Positions 55,481 through 62,450 of a stretch of DNA of 64,000 nucleotides are shown here, one piece after another (positions within the stretch are counted from its first letter, which is position 1; each line of letters begins with the position of its first letter). A program made the translations under genes and the position numbers. The notes beneath the pieces were generated by a model that worked only from the letters and a program-made list of their open reading frames with translations, was not told the DNA's origin and ran no database searches. Origin of the DNA: SAR86 cluster bacterium AG-422-O05 (GTDB lineage: Bacteria > Pseudomonadota > Gammaproteobacteria > Magnimaribacterales > D2472); contig QCMW01000002.1 of assembly GCA_003213495.1 (NCBI GenBank), positions 4,303 to 68,302 on the forward strand, written 5' to 3'.

Positions 55481-57532
55481 ATGAATATTCTTAGGATATT
55501 TATTGTTATATTTTTTATTGTTTCCTGTGGTGGAGGCGGAGGAGGCGGCAGTGCACCCCCAGCTCCATTTGCAATAACTCTTGCATCAAGCACTTCTATA
55601 TCAGTTGATGAAGATACTACATACACAGGTAATGTAGTTGCAACTGCTAATGAGCCTGTAACACTTGAATATGCACTTGTTTCTTCAACAACAAATGGAA
55701 TCCTTACTTTTTTGACAACTGGAGCTATCACTTATACTCCCAATGAAAATTTTAATGGGCAAGATGAATTTTCTTATTCTGTTACTGCAGTCGAAAAAAG
55801 CATTACAAGAAATAGCACAGTTACAATTACAGTTAATTCTGTAAACGATTTGCCACAGATATCATTAGATTCAAAATTAAATTTAGACAAAGATCATCTT
55901 ATTTTTGAAAATAATCCTACATTTTCTGTTTCGTTTTCAGATGTTGATAATATAGATACAGATTTTAGTTTTAGTGCATCTATAAACTCGGAAAATGTTG
56001 GAGCAACTTTTACTTCAACTGGTGATGGTCAAGGAGATATAGTTCTAGATTTATCAACTCTATCTAAAGCAGGTTTATTCAATGCGGAAATTATAATATC
56101 TGATGGTATGGATACCGCTAGTGATTCATTTAATACATGGTTCATATCTAATAAACAAACCGTTACTGTTGCTCAAGATGACGACAAAAGTGATGGTTTT
56201 GATTCTGGCACCACAACAAATAAAGATTATTATGTGTATTATCTTGTTGGAGGTGGCTCAACCTTTGGAAGAACTGATTACTTGTTTGTTGCTGATTCAT
56301 TAAAAGCAGACCCTAATGATGGAACGTTATCTGATACTGATAGTTTTAGAGAAGCTTTACTGAAATCCATTAATGCTCTTAATGATTCAGATGCTTCTGA
56401 ATTTTTTACAGGCTATTTTGATATTGTTGTTGCAGAGCCAGTAAGTCCTGATGGAACTTCTTTAGCATCTATTGAAACAGGTTGTTATGACTGGGATGAG
56501 GATGTTTATTGCATTGGCTCTGGCGATATAAATGATTCTGTTTTTGATGATCTGTTTGCTGAACATGATTTAGTCTCAGTCCTAACAATGATAGATGGCA
56601 GAGGAGTGAATTTGGGTAACACTAACATTCAAGAAATCAAACCTAGAACAGAATATACTTTAATGCATGAGTTGGGTCATGCACATGGTGAAATGGGAGA
56701 CGAATATATAACTACTGACGATAGAGATGTCAGTCAATGGGCAGATAGAAATGTTAATACGACAACACAGGCAGATCCATCATTAGTTAAATGGAATCAT
56801 CACATATCAGACTTTATGAATGTAGCGGGAAAAGACTTTAAGGTTTGTTATAACTATGCAGATGGATCTATTTATGACGAGGGTGAGGATGCAACTACAT
56901 GCGACTGTTTGTTCAATTTATATGATGCAAATGGAAATAGAACTGGTAGAAATCCAGAATGCGATGTTGTTGGCCTTTTTGAAGGAAATTATTATGGGGA
57001 GTTTGATAATTATAGGCCAAAATACTGGACTATTATGGAGGGCGGTATTTTAAAATATGGTGAGGTTAATACTGAAGGTTTCGCAATAGGATCAATTCAT
57101 AACCAGGGTTTTTTATATGGTGATGAGGTAGGTTTTGTCACCGATGAGTCGGGGGCTAGAACTGGTTTTGAAATAGATATTGATGTTGTATATGATAATT
57201 CTAAGTTAAGACTTAAATGGTATATAAATGGTGTTGAGGATCCATCAAAAGAAAATCAAACAAGAATAGTATTTGATAGACCGACCAATAATACTGTGCA
57301 AATTTATACATGGAAAGTTGATGATCTTACTGGAACTGTTACAGCACCCGACGACGTAACTGATGTAAATGATTTTTATGAAGGATTATTTAATTCTGAT
57401 TTTTACTGGTGTGACAGAACAAGTGGCTCATGTCAGTGGGGCTATAACCCAACGGATCAATCCCAATATCATTATGGTTATGTAACTGGTCCAATGGGAG
57501 GGACCTGGGGTATTAATTGGTCAAGGTGGTAA
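55481..57532 (+). CDS. lipoprotein: Gly7 tether + Ig/cadherin-like (tandem-95-type) modules + M64-like zinc metalloprotease domain
   Basis: The start is trimmed from TTG 55475 to ATG 55481. Lipobox FIVSC is followed by GGGGGGG. The Ig-like module is ...VDEDTTYTGNV...ITYTPNENFNGQDEFSYSV...VNSVNDLPQ. The zincin motif is HELGHAHGEMGDEY (56666-56707). Confidence 0.8.
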   Translation: MNILRIFIVIFFIVSCGGGGGGGSAPPAPFAITLASSTSISVDEDTTYTGNVVATANEPVTLEYALVSSTTNGILTFLTTGAITYTPNENFNGQDEFSYSVTAVEKSITRNSTVTITVNSVNDLPQISLDSKLNLDKDHLIFENNPTFSVSFSDVDNIDTDFSFSASINSENVGATFTSTGDGQGDIVLDLSTLSKAGLFNAEIIISDGMDTASDSFNTWFISNKQTVTVAQDDDKSDGFDSGTTTNKDYYVYYLVGGGSTFGRTDYLFVADSLKADPNDGTLSDTDSFREALLKSINALNDSDASEFFTGYFDIVVAEPVSPDGTSLASIETGCYDWDEDVYCIGSGDINDSVFDDLFAEHDLVSVLTMIDGRGVNLGNTNIQEIKPRTEYTLMHELGHAHGEMGDEYITTDDRDVSQWADRNVNTTTQADPSLVKWNHHISDFMNVAGKDFKVCYNYADGSIYDEGEDATTCDCLFNLYDANGNRTGRNPECDVVGLFEGNYYGEFDNYRPKYWTIMEGGILKYGEVNTEGFAIGSIHNQGFLYGDEVGFVTDESGARTGFEIDIDVVYDNSKLRLKWYINGVEDPSKENQTRIVFDRPTNNTVQIYTWKVDDLTGTVTAPDDVTDVNDFYEGLFNSDFYWCDRTSGSCQWGYNPTDQSQYHYGYVTGPMGGTWGINWSRW

Positions 57533-57540
57533 AAAGACGT

Positions 57541-58008
57541 ATGAGATATTTATTTATTTTAGCTTTTGTATTTTCCTTTACAGTTATGGCTGAAAAAGAT
57601 TTAAAAGAAATAGACCTAATTAAGCTACACGTTTCACCAAATCAAGATGCAAAGATATTTACTTTTCATGGTACTCCAGATTTATTTACATTGAAAAAAA
57701 TCGAAGTTCAAAAACCTAAAGAGAGAATTCTTAAAAAACTTAAATTTGTAAGCGATGATGATAAGTATGCAGTAAAGCTATTTGATAATTCAGGAAGGCA
57801 CTTAATAACTTTAGGTATTGGTAATCCATTTTATGCATCGTATGAGCATATTGGATATGAAGACAGAGCATACATGGGTGGACCTGTATCCGCAAATAAT
57901 TTAAGCATAGCAATTCCTATTGAGTTAGATCCATCATATCTCATAATTTCAAGGCGAGATGTCACTGGAAAATTTATAGATTTTCAAGAGATACTTTTGC
58001 CACAATGA
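57541..58008 (+). CDS. secreted protein of unknown function linked to the M64-like lipoprotein
   Basis: The start is trimmed to ATG 57541, 9 nt after the upstream stop. Signal peptide is MRYLFILAFVFSFTVMA. It is 155 aa with a beta-rich pattern. Confidence 0.6.
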   Translation: MRYLFILAFVFSFTVMAEKDLKEIDLIKLHVSPNQDAKIFTFHGTPDLFTLKKIEVQKPKERILKKLKFVSDDDKYAVKLFDNSGRHLITLGIGNPFYASYEHIGYEDRAYMGGPVSANNLSIAIPIELDPSYLIISRRDVTGKFIDFQEILLPQ

Positions 58009-58061
58009 CGATTTAATATTGTTGAAAGCAACCATGTTAAAGAGTATATTAAGCATCCAAT

Positions 58062-58137
58062 GCGGTACTAGCTCAGTTGGTAGAGCGTCTGCTTGCCAAG
58101 CAGAAGGCCGCCGGTTCGAGACCGGCGTACCGCACCA
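58062..58137 (+). tRNA. tRNA-Gly (anticodon GCC)
   Basis: 76 nt. Acceptor stem is GCGGTAC/GTACCGC. Anticodon stem is TCTGC/GCAGA with loop TTGCCAA. T arm is GCCGG-TTCGAGA-CCGGC. CCA is encoded. Confidence 0.95.
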
Positions 58138-58178
58138 ACTTATATCTAAAATATTTATATAAAACTAATCTTCCGATA

Positions 58179-58194
58179 AATACATTAATGTATT
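58179..58194. promoter_or_regulatory. perfect 16-bp palindrome AATACATTAATGTATT (candidate operator)
   Basis: Read directly. It lies 29 nt upstream of ATG 58223, between tRNA-Gly and the SD AGGAGAG. Confidence 0.35.
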
Positions 58195-58222
58195 ATTAAT
58201 ATTCATATTAGGAGAGATAATT

Positions 58223-58930
58223 ATGAAAAAATTTTTTTATAGCTTATTCGCTTTTGTTTTTCTAACATCACAATCATTAAATGCAGCAGGCTATTTGGCG
58301 ACATATTCAATGAAGGTTTCAAATCCAGCTGCTTATGTTGAAGCGCTTGATGAGTTAATGAATACTGATTGGGGTAAGTCATTTGCTGGAGATGTTTCAC
58401 TCCATCAATATGCATTCAATGGTTATGATGATGCAACCCATGTTGTTGTTCTAAATTATGAAAATCCAGAAAGCTTAGGTACCGGAACAGAATCTTTTAC
58501 GGATCCTGTATTTTTATCATTCTTTGCTGAAACTGCTTCTATCGCTGAGCCAGTAGAACAGTCTTTAAACATGAAATTAATTAGCGTATACAATGAAAAC
58601 GCTGATGAAGATCAAGTTTATACAATCTACAGAATGCAAGTTAAAGATGCTTCTGCGTATGCTAAAGAATATACCAAACTTACAAACGCTCAAGTTGAAT
58701 CAGGAAATATCCAAGGTAGCTATGGTCTAAGACAATTGGTTGCTGGTGATACTAGATACTATACACATTATGCTTATACAAGTGCTCCAAGTGTTGCAGA
58801 AGCTATGAAATCAGCTGAAACTTTGTACGGAAGCGATTCATTTGCAAAGTTTGCAGATAAGGTCAGTGAAAACAGAAGAGTTATGAATATTTCTATATTA
58901 ACTAATATTGTTAACTATCCTGCAAATTGA
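58223..58930 (+). CDS. secreted protein with two tandem alpha+beta (dimeric alpha/beta-barrel/NIPSNAP-like) modules
   Basis: Signal peptide is ...LTSQSLNA. The internal repeat is YLATYSMKVSNPAAYVEALDEL / VYTIYRMQVKDASAYAKEYTKL and THVVVLNYENPES / YYTHYAYTSAPSV. Confidence 0.7.
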   Translation: MKKFFYSLFAFVFLTSQSLNAAGYLATYSMKVSNPAAYVEALDELMNTDWGKSFAGDVSLHQYAFNGYDDATHVVVLNYENPESLGTGTESFTDPVFLSFFAETASIAEPVEQSLNMKLISVYNENADEDQVYTIYRMQVKDASAYAKEYTKLTNAQVESGNIQGSYGLRQLVAGDTRYYTHYAYTSAPSVAEAMKSAETLYGSDSFAKFADKVSENRRVMNISILTNIVNYPAN

Positions 58931-58950
58931 TTTTATAGATTTTCTAAATA

Positions 58951-58973
58951 AGGGAGCTTTTGCTCCCTTTTTT
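58951..58973 (+). terminator. rho-independent terminator
   Basis: AGGGAGC-TTTT-GCTCCCT is followed by a T-run. Confidence 0.85.
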
Positions 58974-58987
58974 ATTTTTAGCTAATT

Positions 58988-58993
58988 TATAAT
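58988..58993 (+). promoter_or_regulatory. TATAAT hexamer 7 nt upstream of ATG 59001 (possible leaderless start)
   Basis: Read directly. No SD is present. Confidence 0.3.
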
Positions 58994-59000
58994 ATATGAA

Positions 59001-59948
59001 ATGTATATTTTTAAGTTTTTACTAGTATTAATTCTGCTTTATTCGTGTGGAGGTGGATCTTCAAGTACAGATTTTGAAAATAACCCTCCAACCACCCAAA
59101 CACTAAATTCAACTGAAACATGTATAAGTACTCAAGTGCCAAATCTTAAAAGATGCGATTTAGTGCATGATAATATTGATAGATTTTACTTTTTGTATGA
59201 GCCGTCTAATCTCGATACAAATTCAAGTATTGCTGTTTTATTTGCACTTCATGGATACGGATCTTCTGCGATGACTCACTTTAATTATACAAATTATGAG
59301 CCCCTTGCTAATGCGAATAATTTTATTGTTGTATATCCCCAAGGTACAACTAGTAATGGCTTAAATACTCATTGGAATAATGGAGGTTGGACCTCTAAAA
59401 GCACTGCTAAAGATATTGAATTTATAGATACTGTTATTGAATATATTAAATATAAAATTTCTATTGACGTAAAAAGAATATATTCTTCTGGAATGTCTAA
59501 TGGTGGCTATATGAGTTATCACTTAGCTTGCAATCTAGACAACACATTTGCTGCTGTGGTTTCTGTTACTGGATCAATGACTACTGATACTTTTGATAAT
59601 TGTGCACCGTCACATCCAACTGCTGCAATGCAAATTCATGGGGTACAAGATTTAACAGTTCCATATCTAGGAAGCGGTTGGTCAAAAAGTATTGAAGATG
59701 TAATTGATTATTGGGTCAGTTACAATTCTTGTGATTTTGAACCCGAAAGGCTAATTAAATACTCTAATCAAACAGATTTAATAAATTTCGATACTTATGG
59801 CGGATGTTTAAATAATGTTAATGTTAAATTAATTCTACATTCTGAAATGGGCCATACCTGGCCTTTCATTCAAAACTACAATATAGATGCTAGTCAAGAA
59901 ATATGGGATTTTGTTTCAAAGTATGATTTGGATGGCTTAAGAAATTAG
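59001..59948 (+). CDS. lipoprotein esterase, PHB-depolymerase/feruloyl-esterase-like alpha/beta hydrolase
   Basis: Lipobox LLYSC is followed by GGGSSS. FALHGYGSS, the nucleophile elbow SGMSNGG, and the distal IHGVQD and MGHTWP are present. Confidence 0.8.
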   Translation: MYIFKFLLVLILLYSCGGGSSSTDFENNPPTTQTLNSTETCISTQVPNLKRCDLVHDNIDRFYFLYEPSNLDTNSSIAVLFALHGYGSSAMTHFNYTNYEPLANANNFIVVYPQGTTSNGLNTHWNNGGWTSKSTAKDIEFIDTVIEYIKYKISIDVKRIYSSGMSNGGYMSYHLACNLDNTFAAVVSVTGSMTTDTFDNCAPSHPTAAMQIHGVQDLTVPYLGSGWSKSIEDVIDYWVSYNSCDFEPERLIKYSNQTDLINFDTYGGCLNNVNVKLILHSEMGHTWPFIQNYNIDASQEIWDFVSKYDLDGLRN

Positions 59949-60033
59949 GTATAAAAAATTTACATATTTGTATCAAAATTTTCTTATTTGAATGTTATAT
60001 TAGAAATTCGTTTTTATTATAGAGGAGATAAAT

Positions 60034-60462
60034 ATGAGATTATTATTAATTTCAATGTTGATATTTTCTGTATCAGCCTTTACTCAAGAAGAGTCATCAA
60101 GAGAACCTGCACCTGGCGTAACAGAGCTTACTGTTATAAAAGTTAAAGCCAACTATCTTGGAGATTATATGGATGGAATTGAAAAAACATGGGTTGCATC
60201 TAATCAAATTGCTAAAGATATGGGCAAAATTGTTGATTATGGCGTTTATGTTGGAAACAATAACTATGTATATTTGACAGTTCAACACGAAAGTTATGCT
60301 TCTATGGATCCATCGTATTGGTCTGAAGAAGAAACAGAAGAATTTCAAACTAAATTTCGAAAAATTATTTCACAAGATGATCAAACATCAACCGCGCAAT
60401 CATATGAAGACATTCGTGAAATTGTTAGAGTTGAAATGATCAATCAAATTATTTTTAAATAG
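60034..60462 (+). CDS. secreted single-module alpha+beta protein (same family as neighbours, putative)
   Basis: 142 aa with a signal peptide. The beta1-alpha1 pattern is TELTVIKVKANYLGDYMDGIEKTW. A strong SD is present. Confidence 0.6.
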   Translation: MRLLLISMLIFSVSAFTQEESSREPAPGVTELTVIKVKANYLGDYMDGIEKTWVASNQIAKDMGKIVDYGVYVGNNNYVYLTVQHESYASMDPSYWSEEETEEFQTKFRKIISQDDQTSTAQSYEDIREIVRVEMINQIIFK

Positions 60463-60471
60463 GAGGAAAAT

Positions 60472-61224
60472 ATGAAACTTTTATTAAGTTTAAGTTTGCT
60501 ATTAAGCTTTAGTGTTTTTGCAGATGATCATGATTCACAAGAGTCACAATGGAATGTTGCTGAATATTATGTAAGTGTTTTCAAGGATGGCAAAGACATG
60601 GATGACATGATGAAATGGGCAGAAAAATGGAATAGTTGGGCCAATGAGACAGACGATCTTAAAGACTATCGTTCAGCAATGCTTGTGCCTTATTATCACA
60701 GTGGAGAACAACCTCATGACTTTGTATGGGTTGGAATAAGTCCTACTCCAGAAGCTCATTTCAAAGGGAATGATCATTGGTTTAGCAATGGCACAAAACT
60801 CTTAGCAGAATTAAATAAAATTTTGGAAACAGGTAATCAAACTACTTATACATGGCAAAGAGTTGTTTCAGACACACCAAGTGGACAAGCTGGTTATGCA
60901 GTATATACAGATTGTAAGTTGGGAGATGGAGTTACTGCAGATGAATTTTATACTGCATATGTTGCATATGCCAAAGCAGCAAAAGAAAAAGGAGATGTTG
61001 CTGGAAGAAAAATGATTTTTCCACAATCTGGAGTTCCTACAACATGGGATTATGATTTTGTTCAGTTAGTTTCAACAGAAACCATTACTGATTATGGAAA
61101 AAATTGGACTAATTTTTGGAGTAGTGCAACTCCTGAAAGCATGCCCGAATTAAAAGCATTAAATGATTTAGGTGGTTCATGTGAAAATGAAAGAACATAT
61201 GGAATCGTTCCAGTTCGTAATTAG
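60472..61224 (+). CDS. secreted protein with two tandem alpha+beta modules, paralogue of 45343-46239
   Basis: Signal peptide is ...SVFA. VAEYYVSVFKDGKDMDDMMKWAEKW / GYAVYTDCKLGDGVTADEFYTAYVAY, and DFVQLVSTETITDYGKNW...GGSCENERTYG parallels FLWANFSNSKDSMDKASEMF...FATCADTPDVYHG. Confidence 0.7.
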   Translation: MKLLLSLSLLLSFSVFADDHDSQESQWNVAEYYVSVFKDGKDMDDMMKWAEKWNSWANETDDLKDYRSAMLVPYYHSGEQPHDFVWVGISPTPEAHFKGNDHWFSNGTKLLAELNKILETGNQTTYTWQRVVSDTPSGQAGYAVYTDCKLGDGVTADEFYTAYVAYAKAAKEKGDVAGRKMIFPQSGVPTTWDYDFVQLVSTETITDYGKNWTNFWSSATPESMPELKALNDLGGSCENERTYGIVPVRN

Positions 61225-61243
61225 CCATAATTAAAAAAATACA

Positions 61244-61266
61244 AGGGAGCCAATGGCTCCCTTTTT
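61244..61266 (+). terminator. rho-independent terminator
   Basis: AGGGAGCC-AAT-GGCTCCCT is followed by a T-run. Confidence 0.85.
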
Positions 61267-61276
61267 ATTTATAATT

Positions 61277-61282
61277 CATAAT
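61277..61282 (+). promoter_or_regulatory. CATAAT hexamer 6 nt upstream of ATG 61289 (possible leaderless start)
   Basis: Read directly. No SD is present. Confidence 0.25.
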
Positions 61283-61288
61283 AATTTA

Positions 61289-62416
61289 ATGGAAGGTTAT
61301 TCAAATCATATTGCAATTATTGGTGCTGGAATTTCTGGTCTCGCATTAGGGATTATTCTTCAAAGAAATAAAATTCCATGTGTCATTTTTGAAAAGTCAG
61401 AAAAAGTTAGTGAGTATGGAGCAGGAATATCAATATCTCCAAATGGATTGGCAGTTTTAAAAAATCTTGATGTAATTAATGATCTCAAGCTGCTTTCAAG
61501 ACAACCAGGACTAGCAATTTTTTTTTCAAATAACAATAAAGTTAATCAGATTTCTGTAGATGTGCTTACAACCACCAGAAAGAGTCTCTACAAAGTTCTT
61601 TTAGACAAATATTATGCTTTAAATGGAGAAATTCATTTTAGTCATAAAGTAGTAGATATAAATAAAGAAACAAAAACACTAAAATTTGACGAAAAATCAA
61701 TTCACGTTAAGCATATTATTGCATGCGATGGAATAAGATCATTGTGCCAAAAGAAAGTTTCAGCTAAATTTAATGATCCAATATATAGTGGTTATTATGT
61801 CTGGCGAACAATATTCCCATCAGACCAAGCTGATATACATTTTCATCTGGGTCCTAACTTTCATGTTGTTGCATACCCTGTGGATTCGGAGAGATCTAGC
61901 CTAGTGGCTGCAGTAAAGAGCAGTAATCAATTAAATGAATCATGGAAACAAAAGGGCTCAATTCAAAATTTAATTTCAGAAATACCTGCCTCTATCTTAG
62001 AAAATTATCCTTCAATTATGGAAAATTATGGAGTCTATAAATGGGGTGTTTTTTTAAGACCCAATGTTAAAATTTTGTTTGATAAAAACATCACTTACGT
62101 CGGTGATGCTGCTCATCCTATTGTTCCATTTATAGGTCAAGGAGCATGTCTTGCTTTGGAGGATAGCTATGTTTTAGGTAATCTGATAACAAAATATAAA
62201 GATAATTTAAAGATAGCTCAAATAAAATACAATAAATTAAGAATAAAGAGAGTAAGGTCAATTTATAGAAAATCTTTGAATCAAGGTAAATTAAATCATC
62301 TAAAGAATCCACTATTAGTTTTTTTAAGAAACATGTTAATGAAATATACAAACATAATTTCTAGTCAAATAAAATCAATATGGTTTTATGACGTAACTAA
62401 TGAAAAAGATTTGTAA
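61289..62416 (+). CDS. FAD-dependent aromatic-ring-hydroxylase-type monooxygenase (salicylate hydroxylase/UbiH-like)
   Basis: The start is trimmed to ATG 61289, because the track ORF begins inside the terminator. Motifs IAIIGAGISGLALG and GDAAHPIVPFIGQGACLALEDS are present. Confidence 0.85.
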   Translation: MEGYSNHIAIIGAGISGLALGIILQRNKIPCVIFEKSEKVSEYGAGISISPNGLAVLKNLDVINDLKLLSRQPGLAIFFSNNNKVNQISVDVLTTTRKSLYKVLLDKYYALNGEIHFSHKVVDINKETKTLKFDEKSIHVKHIIACDGIRSLCQKKVSAKFNDPIYSGYYVWRTIFPSDQADIHFHLGPNFHVVAYPVDSERSSLVAAVKSSNQLNESWKQKGSIQNLISEIPASILENYPSIMENYGVYKWGVFLRPNVKILFDKNITYVGDAAHPIVPFIGQGACLALEDSYVLGNLITKYKDNLKIAQIKYNKLRIKRVRSIYRKSLNQGKLNHLKNPLLVFLRNMLMKYTNIISSQIKSIWFYDVTNEKDL

Positions 62417-62435
62417 CATATTAGTAACTCTAAAT

Positions 62436-62444
62436 TGATATAAT
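62436..62444 (+). promoter_or_regulatory. extended -10 element TGATATAAT, 6 nt upstream of the glcB ATG
   Basis: Read directly. No SD lies between it and ATG 62451. Confidence 0.3.
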
Positions 62445-62450
62445 TTAATT

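Noticed and set aside
55408-55731. 107-aa minus-strand ORF with a poly-Pro run
   Set aside because: It is the antisense shadow of the Gly7 tract and N-terminus of the lipoprotein gene at 55481. It spans a terminator and intergenic DNA and has no SD.
58176-58201. Reading GATAAATACATTAATGTATTATTAAT as a Fur box next to a TonB-receptor locus
   Set aside because: The match to GATAATGATAATCATTATC is poor. It shares AT-richness and a palindromic character only, so I kept it as an unassigned palindrome.
58951-61266. Shared AGGGAGC...GCTCCCT core in two terminators (58951 and 61244), with a related AGAGGGC...GCCCTCT core at 55431, considered as a dispersed repeat or MITE
   Set aside because: Only the 7-nt stem core is shared. 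The loops and flanks differ, and each sits exactly at a gene end with a T-run. They are ordinary intrinsic terminators.
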